From positions 1-32,071 of the forward strand of contig BLSG01000037.1 in the NCBI GenBank assembly GCA_012862495.1: 32,071 bases of DNA. Direction: 5' to 3'. Below are positions 24,001-29,321 of this stretch, in pieces. The notes under the pieces are model-generated. The model was not told the DNA's origin. It did no database searches and saw only the letters and a program-made list of their open reading frames with translations. This DNA comes from Thraustochytrium aureum (lineage: Eukaryota). Every line of letters begins with the position of its first letter. The first letter of the stretch is position 1. Both the position numbers and the translations under genes were made by a program.

Positions 24001-25775
24001 AAGATCTCTTGTCCTGCGTCCTCGTCGTTGGCACGAATGGGAGCGCCAACGCCTGTGTTGGCCAACGAGCGCTCCTCGACCTGGAAGGCCGTAACGGAGG
24101 GTAAGGCGAAGGGGTAGCCCGGCTCGTTTTGGAACTCAAAGTACGGCTTGTCGTTGAAGTTGATGACGGAGATGGTGAGCCGGCACGTGGAGGAGATGTT
24201 GCGGTCAAGGCTCCAGGCCTGAATGTCCAAAATGTACTCGGGGCAGACCTCGAAGTCGAGCGAGCGCGTGGCGGCAAGTGCTAGGTTCGCGGAGGAGCTG
24301 ACTTGGAAGGGGAATCCGTTTGCGAGCGCGTCGGCCACGCACCCCGCAGAGTTGAGCGAGGCAGAGAGCGGGATTCCCGTGCCCGCGTCGTTGACGAGGA
24401 CAAAGTCGGCCGTAGTGAGCGGCTGCGATGCGATGTTGTCCGTTGCCTCGAGCAGCACCACATCAGCCGACGGGGCGGCGTCGCCGCGCTCGTCGTTGGT
24501 GTACTCTGTGAGGGCGACGCTGCCCTGGTCGCCGGTGCAGGCCCCGAGCCACTGGACTTTGCGCAGGCGCTTGCCATTGCGGACGAGGTAGAGCGTTGGA
24601 TCGGCGAGGGCTTGGCCGTTGCGCTGCGTTTCTGGGGCGGACTCTGGGGTGGAGTAGTAGCCCGGGAGGACCTGGAGCGGCGCTGTGGTGCCTTCGGGGC
24701 AGTAGAACATGGCCGGGTGGTCTGGCGGGTTGAGCGGGTCTTCGTAGCAAGGCCCTGCCGTTGGGGAGGTGGAGCCTGCTGGGCAAAAGAACCCCGCGGC
24801 GCAGAGTTTATCCTCGCACGTCACCGAGCCAATTGAATTCGTGAAGCGGCCCGCGGGGCACGGGCTCATGACGCCTGCGGTGCAGTAGTGACCCTTCGGG
24901 CAGATGGACTGCCCGGTGCGCACCGCTGCGGAGCCCCCTTCCGGTGTGGAGTAGAACCCTTCGCTGACCGGCACAGGCAGCGCGCTGCCTTCTGGGCAGA
25001 ATACATCTGCGCCGCCGCAAGGGACGGCGTTGGGCGACGAGGAGCCTTCCGGGCAATAGTATCCCTGCGCGCAGCGCCCCGAGCAATACTCGTTGGTTTG
25101 ACCGAGGTCGCCCCACTGGCCAGCGCGGCACGGAAACTGCGTCGCTGAGGTGGAGCCCTCAAGGCAATAGTAGCCGGCCGAGCACCCGCCGTTGCAGGTG
25201 GGCGACTCGAGCCCCTGGACCGCGCCGTACGTGCCCGGTGGGCACGGCGACTCTGTCGCGGAGGAGGAGCCAGCCTCGCAAAAGTGGCCCAGCGCGCACA
25301 GCCCCGAGATCGCGCCGTCTGTGCAGTACGAGCCTGCGTCGCAGAGCGCGCACGTCTGATCGTTGTTGAAAGCGTAGTAACCGTCCTGGCATTTGTTGCA
25401 CCTGCCGGTGGTGATGCCGAGGCACAGTCGGTAGCAGTGGTACATCGTCCAGTACCTGCCGCTGGCGGAGCAGCTCCAGGAGGCTCCAGTTTGCGGCTTT
25501 TTTGTGTACCCGGACGGGCAGTTCTCGTGGTTCTCCCCGTTGCAGCGTGCGTTTGTTTTGCCTGACATGCAGTCCGAGTCGTAGGCGTCGCACTCGAGGC
25601 AAAAGCTCGGGCAGGGCGCAGGGTCAGGGCAGGCGCAGGTGTCCGCAAAGGCAACAGCCTCCGCACCGGTCGCCATGAGCAAGCCCACGACTGCAACCAG
25701 AGCCGCTGCTGCGGCGACGCCCCGCCTCGCTTGCCTCGTTGCCCTGCGCTTGCAAGCCCCACCCAGACGCGCCAT
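9057..25775 (-). CDS. Giant 9-TM cadherin (Nonagonal-like): SP - Cys-rich repeats - 10 cadherin - 13 IPT/TIG (with inserted VWA and nested-repeat array) - Cys-rich - 9TM with IQ motif - coiled-coil tail, ~5,570 aa
   Basis: Start at ATG 25775 (MARLGGACKRRATRQARRGVAAAAALVAVVGLLMATGAEA, signal-peptide-like). The frame is open to TGA at 9057-9059 apart from gap 13606-13722 and a probable 1-nt error near 13745. Individual motifs are listed in the sub-features. Confidence 0.93.
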   Translation of the reverse strand: MARLGGACKRRATRQARRGVAAAAALVAVVGLLMATGAEAVAFADTCACPDPAPCPSFCLECDAYDSDCMSGKTNARCNGENHENCPSGYTKKPQTGASWSCSASGRYWTMYHCYRLCLGITTGRCNKCQDGYYAFNNDQTCALCDAGSYCTDGAISGLCALGHFCEAGSSSATESPCPPGTYGAVQGLESPTCNGGCSAGYYCLEGSTSATQFPCRAGQWGDLGQTNEYCSGRCAQGYYCPEGSSSPNAVPCGGADVFCPEGSALPVPVSEGFYSTPEGGSAAVRTGQSICPKGHYCTAGVMSPCPAGRFTNSIGSVTCEDKLCAAGFFCPAGSTSPTAGPCYEDPLNPPDHPAMFYCPEGTTAPLQVLPGYYSTPESAPETQRNGQALADPTLYLVRNGKRLRKVQWLGACTGDQGSVALTEYTNDERGDAAPSADVVLLEATDNIASQPLTTADFVLVNDAGTGIPLSASLNSAGCVADALANGFPFQVSSSANLALAATRSLDFEVCPEYILDIQAWSLDRNISSTCRLTISVINFNDKPYFEFQNEPGYPFALPSVTAFQVEERSLANTGVGAPIRANDEDAGQEIFFEILDTEDGPLNMFYIGSCSGQLYVQQLGLDFIQKNMYYLQVRVCDDPKFFGAAATPQCSVTANITIEILDVNDSPFFRTDPFQVSSFRVPENSPRDTLLEPLCVRPGNATEVPCAEIDPSVMGLVVDDLDLDNLGDSEKDIMIFTVTRNDNDAFVAISCDRATNLELCPYGPASDAAPSGALAVSALANLNFEADASYTITVRVNDGRGGVASRDVDIAITDVNDAPTWPAGEAFALVFAENDPAANGKIYASDEDQGDRLTYVVLEAFDAAGNPAPDTFMMDAADSTAAPESSPVTLRLKPPAQLDFEAANRFSVVVQATDEGGLASNRTITVSVRDVNEPPVLTTSILFVPENVAFGTLLSPPLAFQDVDHGQKGLFKLDEVFDFESFAVATVSGNVSVRGTLNYEESRNYTIQVTVSDTGVPSLTGTGQILIVVTDRPEPPTFKTPNQRFLHYEAPERNASWIAPVDVLDEDAGDYAVLEILSQTIASTGRVVDYFTVSGLTLVQNATAVELPNFESTKFTTTEKLVQLRLRATDGTGLSAEATVSVEIVDTNDRPKLSSRNASVTKYTTDNAGVCPENANCFPGQAVLEIFELAFDEDVQSDRRQADLTYTIESGNEDGTFNLTNGVLYVDTVTTKIKSDDSVFHLVISVTDHDAANPLTSIPADIFIFVVAFNFPPTIQNHQVDLTENEDSFLEIVSDMVGFDPDGTALVYEMAEVSPSTAAAAFFLNTTSGAVSLTQPIDFETMTSAGKIYLRIRVRDNGGELGNSQTAVGTVTITVADVNEPPTFAKDTYSYIVDEMASAGPVDASGPTAATDPDAADAGNLVYDLLGEGAAASAFGVDSATGQIFHNGSIDFENPGPTCAIQTGIHTCSFTIRVTDTANQTDTAQVTVRVRNINEAPAFASVVCATNPKVLCDAPAELSIDEDIYQGSIVKLAELTATDPDKQSGLKLSFTVTLFSFDDGEALDGGRTVVDSRFQLDSAGNLFVVGALDFENRSSYTYQVTVTDQGDGEQSSLQDTVALRINIVDKNDIGVVVATTASTPWSTTGGDTVVLRGSNFGPTAHKIATEGALPPTARVFMIKKTELTTYEAEGCVVDSDVQISCSSSPAGVGKDFFFQVQVSNPNATSFNSTLDFLNPSLANRFRAPAIQAVQSADALPTKGGQHFQIFGSDFGAELPAVDSTLNCTTSPVPLDIVWVLDESGSISSQNYANILQMLKDTIKEIGIGALPSENRHGIVEFASGTFFSSPSAHSRLDLNQVSSTSAFDAFVSGITKNSGGTMTRDVIEHLRDYYFVSPNNALDGINRHRIVVIFTDGMPSQSSGIIEAVDSMVSSGAIDRFIYVPIGSNVALSLFDGVAIYDPLKDRIQADFNDISSFAGELAEFVITCSFVPRIIGVTYRSRLAPTREYFGQRCKVAPAPGGSPGPEVITCDSAIGTGPQLEFQVSIQGQTNPTWFTSGSLSHAAPTFVSATGSVPQVSLSSGTMLNTKGGGTNHLLVIKGSNFGPIGGPQVVSVSYGPAESVKKYTALNCAVTIAHSEIRCQYVPGAGVALRVVVSIDSIASQASTDTVAYQGPVITGITGPGSQNGRTKGGDAVYLEGSNFGPIATSQVPNVVTATYGGPNGDKYTAVRCAVVVTDTTIECLTSSGTGRSHGWRVRVSDQVSLISFGASGKGTSYSSPTLMYFEGLKVNNADTEGGEVVTLVGNDFGDDSALVSATYGPTGVEYNTTSCLLSQEYLHTRMDCVLSAGVGAGLRWTVYVDGQASEVPTTAYQLPVITSLEGAPIFEGASTEGGQVFRIHGKDFGPGFVHSPVPLHSFTYGSTTGLEYKATSCVIDPPFTVSSSCWKGAENLTKETHTLSVTGTDVDEVQRIRLFASTRAAQSLFVAAAPNRTLDRTDAVQTLTISDTMHTQVVSIAAAPGTVFARRSDVQLVAFDGANASAITGGFKLRLDSTAQQNWLDTAEIAETSELQVAATAAQVQDALRVLPQLAAFSDEIVVTDASTSTRRAWLVTFAAAYGKVPALEIAASSVTGIETEAVSTQIEGNNGGFQLIYDGSNSSSCISFDESADQVEAVLESLAGISDVSVTRTATNASTTFTVLFTDPAAPKLIQLAQGQCEALHCGPSSELGSDCSASVSLAVDPTPSLAGTLELGLDTTSCALCAELRAAYTGTVDITSASAVQGALEGLANIGPGGVVVSRQTAVDEAQVSIEYAITFSGAAVPGPVPLISVRNVGLTGNQPSVNTASAEVGQAFGFKLRYGPASLGQVTRCMAWDAPASRWEAALGLLEDENGDMVQVSVTALSAEVAPTSHVNHEIVFSSPTSPSAVSVEPHSECGASSLSPTCNGGAACTAGNVPLATVSSLGGTMAVTVNTLKCRLCTDRNVYTTAPVAPSMPGALAAALEALPNVGVAGVQVSEARTYEAEGEGVTWQVTFSGIDIEGNLVNETLRVDPSGLLVDGLVFTEYAEVVQEGSEFNTIGKLRISTAFGETSEFAGWTATASQVADLLTAIPGIIEPVHVAKSTPPGSAGGVAFDITFAGNPIVGSVTLSSESNAEELVLVSPAHGSSPPLSPVVASTMVESGMALTGGSLSFSVSGSLITLSYNASADELKALLLAGPFSAYSPEQVNVTREPHQHIPGNESTWTGGYVWGIYTDFVPTEIVGSPNASLAGVGCLPAADATTWERGTSSATCLTSPGVGANLRFAAHIANQRSPLSDAIVLSYKPPTIEAFGPLKGHTAQVFELAIEGANFGGAAGIDLSVALSGVTLQVLQHTHRKISVLVPEELQRNAENPLSLSVGGQETQSTYSFLRPVVDDIIAVNPPQLLNEQDPQEILITGRNFGLYDPNNDGVYVGGEACLITEWKHNSILCNITKHVGELRVQVGSQDCVDGDTGQAGCCPCDFSYAGLLNSPEVTSINQCNENGATEGCSTAGGYAITVFGKNLGTSIRGCVQVGPSAAVVPCNEQDPAKRKYMCEIINYAASEITCRVPPGEGIVEVNVRHAWMVSQQPAKRFFYDLPLLHSIEPGSGPTSANISVTLRGSNFGVSGPRVTFDDTHVCELQSFDHSEATCTLPEGQGLVPVTMVVASQTATNHLMFDYFMPSIAALSRESGPTIGGFPLELTGDNFGLNGTVEIDGKLCSGTFWSHSRINCIVPAGTGKDLAVVVISGGRSSNATWFSYDPPFLAGIAPKTGTTRGGVGLTLNGSNFGFLGVEGEAPEVSIGNYSCDNVKVTTPEKIECGSPAGIGVGLAVKVTVKNQTSSETVLFSFDRPVISSLSPFPANAVGGMLLTLNGDNYGDELVDPGAPGLRVLVSGLECNATRSNHREITCRYPELVVGRHTVELFVAEQNTTLPEADQNSLLAACQAGWYGQVGENCKACPSGADCLGFVNGWHHDPHSKPGYGSLSRSESRSANRLXXXXXXXXXXXXXXXXXXXXXXXXXXXXXXXXXXXXXXXXCADGYEHKNARLQLCGVCADNYYRLEGECIPCPDLAWLILVACFVVAGMLCSVAYFLTKYGVQLAAVSICIDFCQVVSLFASYDFAWPRVVASAYSVLSAFNLNLELASPECSVGWDYETKWYIMYFMPIVFGMLFTTSFVVTFVRRVVKAMVNKVKEQAHKHNAVAPAAAAEEQDSKLKRKMTRGESAWDVFTDPEEKILLVDDSDIESYDASFNRFIDAEFGAFLIMCYYLYLSVMKKCFEAFRCTEGPVPLLRAEPSEPCTDEGEFYPRIKSMAVFGVFMYGLGIPSVICYLLVKHRDFIKQDQHRREQALSLTDTDAAKRVQSAFRGYYVRRMVDPRAILRRHKTLTNIGRTRAKYGKLYEDFTGECYYWRLVLMIRKVVLVMITMFLDDKFKQSTLAFGVLFASYAVQVKKRPYLNRYADDRERRKEIKAFQEWKRRAEVRNAVQKSAGRVRALQSALQARLKRAGHKVGLDGVFNPGSKDALLKEHMDFRRLEVSAAAAYALRDQLQLEGKELNDEERAKRAAQTPVERRWGLLQRFVTDTNDQDKFELNSDAATEMKSDMLRWLFDYNTLEMISLATLMYILLFGLLFDTYAAQSDDVKINLLASFTIALFVVVILLFMSSVMIDVKRKFYPVVREKLVMAVKRIFVKAPPPSAAVAVENDKDASARKRTGGRASNVDKVSDMLGPQRGQWISPVNPFATLRKQNDDLVRAEEARLQAILKSKMRHQQELAEREEKRREEQARLEEEFRAKMESVEAELKELAALEEAEQAFEEELTREIEMEARTLEEEMQAKLQSAISGAPGSPASGGGRRAEEAAALAAAEHAREAEEAAAAAAAEIDRIRREEEEQSKIRMAAAQELERKDAEALAQEQFEAEQAALLAAAEAEKEAQLALLKAKHGQEVSAALEELNRMGDDVSATHRKQQEEIKARVNERRLRKGPGVIHRRRERAPPADEAEKRLHELEDKLMAMAEQQEAEERALEEKLLAEQALKIDALKKAVTESVAASMSAESAFERELMEEQDAFDAETADALAALQRELEEELANAAGRDASDDEIAAIKARYEDSMARTRRERAEEREALRAKLDKRREERAANIRKAEEEREQERQREIDASRERLAAEKLRVVEIAAADAEKGLVPREEVDRLRKEFESHSAELKRKQEETKNDRKAALDRRLAKRRETAERKKREEEEERKRKEEAEAKARAVAEAAAEEAARKRAEADAAAAAAAAAAAAAAQEAEGASNAEVSAELERIKAEGIEKRQQLEAKIKEEKLSQRSKLRERLAKKKKQAEEKKKAVLAEKSREQELLDQKLDLEEQALKQKQMEELKQIEQANVEFFLDDDTSKELAEGVAAWRKRKAEEEKNKAHQGPKRSDILSADFGARAERVERLGAEVREARLHAAGDENKQSELSRKEAELAKGIKELANLFVNLSEEIDAEINKLTNDAAVQKARQKRKLETIKGFLAIEDGDPEDAGAVADKASSKRAPTIVNLDKVAFGNLDF
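9060..11500 (-). other. Cytoplasmic E/K/R/A-rich coiled-coil / single-alpha-helix tail (~800 aa)
   Basis: Largely Pro/Gly-poor charged helical sequence, e.g. RRETAERKKREEEEERKRKEEAEAKAR, with a poly-Ala run near 9865-9905. Confidence 0.85.
11710..13505 (-). other. Nine-pass transmembrane region
   Basis: Hydrophobic segments: LAWLILVACFVVAGMLCSVAYFL; LAAVSICIDFCQVVSLF; WYIMYFMPIVFGMLFTTSFVVTFV; FGAFLIMCYYLYLSVM; MAVFGVFMYGLGIPSVICYLLV; YYWRLVLMIRKVVLVMITMFL; TLAFGVLFASYAVQV; LEMISLATLMYILLFGLLF; LLASFTIALFVVVILLFMSSVMI. The motifs DFxQ..WP, SPEC, YGKLYEDF...YYW..V...RK and RPY are typical of protist adhesion-receptor-like TM modules. Confidence 0.8.
12594..12644 (-). other. IQ calmodulin-binding motif in the TM5-TM6 loop
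   Basis: AAKRVQSAFRGYYVRRM matches [IVL]QxxxRGxxxR exactly, with the usual AA prefix. Confidence 0.85.
13900..20880 (-). other. Thirteen IPT/TIG Ig-like repeats, two of them interrupted by large inserts
   Basis: Thirteen copies of the (T)xGG...hxhxGxNFG signature (RGSNFG, FGSDFG, KGSNFG, EGSNFG, VGNDFG, HGKDFG, EGANFG, TGRNFG, FGKNLG, RGSNFG, TGDNFG, NGSNFG, NGDNYG), most followed by C...IxCxxPxGxG. Confidence 0.92.
19820..20410 (-). other. von Willebrand factor A (VWA) domain with intact MIDAS
   Basis: PLDIVWVLDESGSIS (DxSxS), RHGIVEFAS, GGTMT (MIDAS Thr), IVVIFTDG (MIDAS Asp). About 195 aa, bracketed by Cys (LNCTT ... VITCS). Confidence 0.93.
20889..24560 (-). other. Ten tandem extracellular cadherin (EC) repeats
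   Basis: Ca-binding linkers NFNDKP, DVNDSP, DVNDAP, DVNEPP, DRPEPP, DTNDRP, AFNFPP, DVNEPP, NINEAP, DKND. LDFE-type motifs (LDFE, LDFI, LNFE, LDFE, LNYE, PNFE, IDFE, IDFE, LDFE) and AxDxD motifs (ANDED, ASDED, ATDPD). Spacing is ~105-150 aa. Confidence 0.95.
24640..25640 (-). other. N-terminal Cys-rich region: one furin/EGF-like repeat plus GCC2/GCC3 (ephrin-receptor-like) repeats
   Basis: CPSFCLEC...GRCNKCQDGYY, then repeated CxxGxYCxEGS / CPxGxY units (CDAGSYC, CALGHFCEAGS, CPPGTY, CSAGYYCLEGS, CAQGYYCPEGS, CPKGHYC, CAAGFFCPAGS). Confidence 0.85.
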
Positions 25776-26128
25776 CTCCAGCGCCCGTCCCGCGCGGGGC
25801 GGCCGTGCAGTCGGCCACGACAGCCTGCCTCCGTGCAGGCACGACCTCGTCAACGCCACCCGCTCGCGCAGATCGCCCGCCGTGCAGCCGCTGGCCTGTC
25901 CGAGCGCCACTTCCAAACAGTCTTGCAAGCGAAAAGGCAAGCCCTGCAACCAACGCCCGAGCACTGTTGTGTCCGCCGGTCCCACCGGTCAGCCGGCCAC
26001 GCGAGCAAGAAAGAAAGCGCAAGCCGACAGACAGACAGCCAGCTAGACAGACAGCTAGCTCTGCAGGACGCGGCCGGTGTCCTCAGGCGGTCGCGAAGGC
26101 GATGTGGCGGCCTTCCTCTGCCGATGGG

Positions 26129-26131
<3 letters not shown>

Positions 26132-26164
<33 letters not shown>
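26132..26164. repeat. (CTG)11 / (CAG)11 microsatellite
   Basis: Perfect trinucleotide run ~360 bp upstream of the cadherin ATG. Confidence 0.95.
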
Positions 26165-26166
<2 letters not shown>

Positions 26167-26269
26167 GCGACGCATGTGCGGGAGGGACCCACGGACGAGG
26201 ACCCAGTAGCGCCGTAAACGAGTACACTCGCCGAGGAAGTGGTAACGGTCATACGACGGCATTCATCGA

Positions 26270-26430
26270 AACGAGGGCGCACCACATAGTTGAAAGGAGA
26301 GGAACACGGGCGCACTTTTTGCGAAGGATGGGGAACGAGGGCGCACCATCTAGTGGAAAGGAGAGGAACACGGGCACACCATTTGCAAAGGAAGGGGAAC
26401 GAGGGCGCACGGGTGTTGAGAGGGCGCACC
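26270..26430. repeat. Minisatellite with 64-bp period (33+31-bp related subunits) and a GGGCGCAC core
   Basis: AACGAGGGCGCAC starts at 26270, 26334 and 26398. The alternating subunit AACACGGGC(G/A)CAC lies between, and a further GAGGGCGCACC copy follows at ~26419. Confidence 0.9.
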
Positions 26431-28097
26431 GGAATGCCGCTCCTACCATTTGGCCCACGTGGTGTTCCCCACACACCCAGCGCCTTGAAAGACCTGGCGC
26501 CGAATCCGCGCAAGAACCTGCTCTGGCTCACAATCCGCATTGTGAGAGCCGTCAGGGCCTCGTCAGAACGAACACAGAAAACCTCGCTCCTGATCATGTC
26601 AGTTGCCGTGGTTGGGGATGGTTTTCCGACCGAGATTGTTTCATCGCAAAAACTCCTCGCTCGCTCGCTCGCTCGTCTGTCTGTCTGTCGGCCTTGACGG
26701 AGGCGCAAGTTGAACAGAGCACTGGCAGGCCAGACGCGGAGCAGGACAGAATCGTGTTTTCTGTCACGGATGGCACGCGGCTTGCAGAGCGAGCAAGTAC
26801 TCATCCTACCCACACCGGTTCGAGTAAGTAGGCCTCGTCCTTGCCCAGTAGGTACTCTACCTGCTCACCAGAGGACCCACCTGCCTCTGACAGACGCACG
26901 GCCACCCCGATCGGCCCTCTTCTTCCTGTCTCGCTGGGGTCAAGGACTCGCTCCGAGTTGCCAGTGGCGAGCAGGCCGACCGATCGACCGATCGATGATG
27001 GAAGGAAGTACTGCGCTGCTGGAGCAGCGAGTGAGGAAGAAACACTGTCGTCAGCCCCCTTGCTGTCGGCCTGAGCGAGCCACGGAGGCGAGGCACCGGC
27101 AAAGCGCGCTGGCGAGGCCAAGTCCAACGACGCCCTGTGAATCTGAATGAATTCTGAATTCTGATTCAGTCCAGGTGCTGTTCCTGCCAGGAGTCTCTGC
27201 CGTTCCGAGCGGCCGCTCTCTTGGAGTCTCTTCAGCCTCGAGGATGGACGGACCGGACCGTTCGGCGCGACCCAGGAGGCCTGCCGTTCTCTACTCACTC
27301 TGCCGCAGGACTCCTCTGGCGTCGCGCAGGACTCAGGCGGCGCGCAGGACTGCCTGCCGTCGGTGCCGCCGCTGGCTGATTGATGCTCGTGAAGCCAACG
27401 TGAAGCAGTGAGCGGGCCGGGCGCTCAGGTGGCTCCGCGAAGGAGGCGAGTCGAACGCCAGTCGGAGACCTGAGAGTAGGTAATACCTACTTGCGGTGCG
27501 CAAGGAGGCCGCTCTGACCAGAAGGCGAGGCTGAATTCCACAGGTGTGCAACGGCGCCCGCCGTTCAAGACCTCGCGGGTTGGCTTGTGACGAAAAACAG
27601 CCACCTGGACTACAGCGCGCGAGCGGCAGACNNNNNNNNNNNNNNNNNNNNNNNNNNNNNNNNNNNNNNNNNNNNNNNNNNNNNNNNNNNNNNNNNNNNN
27701 NNNNNNNNNNNNNNNNNNNNNNNNNNNNNNNNNNNNNNNNNNNNNNNNNNNNNNNNNNNNNNNNNNNNNNNNNNNNNNNNNNNNNNNNNNNNNNNNNNNN
27801 NNNNNNNNNNNNNNNNNNNNNNNNNNNNNNNNNNNNNNNNNNNNNNNNNNNNNNNNNNNNNNNNNNNNNNNNNNNNNNNNNNNNNNNNNNNNNNNNNCAG
27901 ACGAGAAGAAGGCGAGAGCGGCGCTGGTTTCGTCGCCGAGTTTGGCGTTTCGCTGGCCCAAGCGCCTGCCTGACCCGAGCGGAGCAACAGCTCTAGAGAG
28001 CGAGCTTGACGCTCCGGCCGGGCCTGGCTGCGGGCCGAAGCTGCCGCCGCGTGCTCGGCGGCTCCCTGGTTGGCGACGCCACGCTGCGTGAGCAAAG

Positions 28098-29321
28098 ATG
28101 CCGTGGCTAGTGAGGAACGAGGGGCCGGAAAACCCCGACTTGCTCTTCATACACGTCCCGCGGTGCGGCGGGACGAGCTTGACCAAGCTGTTCAACGTCC
28201 CGGACAAGTCGAGGAAAGGGCAAAACCTGTACCACAAGATCGGGTTGACGTACTTTTTCTACAGGTACAAGCTGTTGGAGACGCGCAACTTTCCCGTGGC
28301 GAGCATCGAAAACGTGATCGTCGCCCTCCAAGTCGCCCTTGGCGTCCTCCTCTGGTGGTTTGGTGTGGCTGGCTCGATCGACCCAAACTGCGATGCCGCC
28401 GAGGGCGCCATGTGCTTTCCTGGCGCCCCGAGTCTGGTGATGTGGACGACTGCAACGCTGACGTTCATTTGCTCAACCTTCCTGTTCACGGCGCCAATCA
28501 GCGGCCGGATGGACGCCATGCGACGCGCCTACGCCGTATTCGTGGGCAGAATCCTGTTCAATTTTACGGCGGCCTACCCGATGCTGACCGGGGTCGGCCA
28601 CTTGGGCTACATCGTGCACTGGACCGCCGAGAAGATGGTCCGCTACGGTTTCGTCGACCGCACAGACTTTGCCAAGTTGGACAATTTCACCATCGTGCGA
28701 AACCCCTACACGCGCATGGTTTCGATCTTCGGGTACAACCGCTTTGGGCCGCTCGAGTCCTTCGACCACTTTGTCGAAGACTGGTATGCCAAGTGGAAGC
28801 GGTATCGCGAGCACGAGACCACTGACGAGAACATGGTGTACTGCCACGTGCTGCCACAGTTCGAGTACACGCACATGGGGGGCGAGCAGCTCGTCAAGTG
28901 CGTCATTAAACAGGAGGCGCTCAAGCAGATCGTGCTTGGCGAGAGGAACGAGTGCTTCACCAACTCGGAAAAGGCTGTCATCCCCCCTCGCATCCTCCAG
29001 GCTCTGAAGGACATGCCGCACTCGAACCGGCGGCAGCGTGACAAGCCGTGGCAGGACTATTACAGCAAGCGCAGCATGAGCCTTGTACTGGAGATGTACG
29101 CCAAGGACTTTGCGCTGTTCGACTACGAGACAGAGATCCCAGGGCGGCCCGACCTTGACGAGGTCGCATTGCGCTTTGCCGAGTCGGGTGGTATGCCATT
29201 CCCGGACGAGGCCTTCCGGGACGAGTCGAGCAGCGAGTCTGGCTCGAGCGACGCGGGCGACAGCGTGGCAACACCTCGAACCTCCGAGGACCCCATCGCC
29301 GAGATGCTCACCCTCGTCTAA
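28098..29321 (+). CDS. Sulfotransferase, Sulfotransfer_2 family (carbohydrate sulfotransferase-like), with internal TM hairpin
   Basis: 5'-PSB motif LFIHVPRCGGTSL, 3'-PB motif FTIVRNPYTRMVSIF, HVLPQFEY, PHSNRR...WQDYYS and C-terminal YAKDFALFDY. 407 aa; start context AAAGATG. Confidence 0.9.
   Translation: MPWLVRNEGPENPDLLFIHVPRCGGTSLTKLFNVPDKSRKGQNLYHKIGLTYFFYRYKLLETRNFPVASIENVIVALQVALGVLLWWFGVAGSIDPNCDAAEGAMCFPGAPSLVMWTTATLTFICSTFLFTAPISGRMDAMRRAYAVFVGRILFNFTAAYPMLTGVGHLGYIVHWTAEKMVRYGFVDRTDFAKLDNFTIVRNPYTRMVSIFGYNRFGPLESFDHFVEDWYAKWKRYREHETTDENMVYCHVLPQFEYTHMGGEQLVKCVIKQEALKQIVLGERNECFTNSEKAVIPPRILQALKDMPHSNRRQRDKPWQDYYSKRSMSLVLEMYAKDFALFDYETEIPGRPDLDEVALRFAESGGMPFPDEAFRDESSSESGSSDAGDSVATPRTSEDPIAEMLTLV

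Noticed and set aside
25776..25985. 70-aa N-terminal extension of the giant ORF in the track
   Set aside because: It begins at a non-ATG codon, whereas ATG 25775 directly precedes a signal-peptide-like sequence.
26270..26430. Possible CRISPR-like array
   Set aside because: The sequences between cores are homologous to each other (64-bp period) rather than unique spacers; no cas genes; eukaryotic context.
26023..26692. 16-bp perfect inverted repeat GCCGACAGACAGACAG / CTGTCTGTCTGTCGGC flanking ~670 bp (MITE-like)
   Set aside because: Mostly (GACA)n microsatellite, which is common in these intergenic regions, and no target-site duplication is visible.
25731..26831. ORFs with poly-Cys, poly-Gln, poly-Leu or poly-Ala runs
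   Set aside because: These are translations of the (CTG)11 microsatellite in non-coding DNA.
27138..27355. Short degenerate repeats (TGAAT/TCTGAAT cluster; GCAGGACT x3)
   Set aside because: Too short and low in complexity to assign a function.
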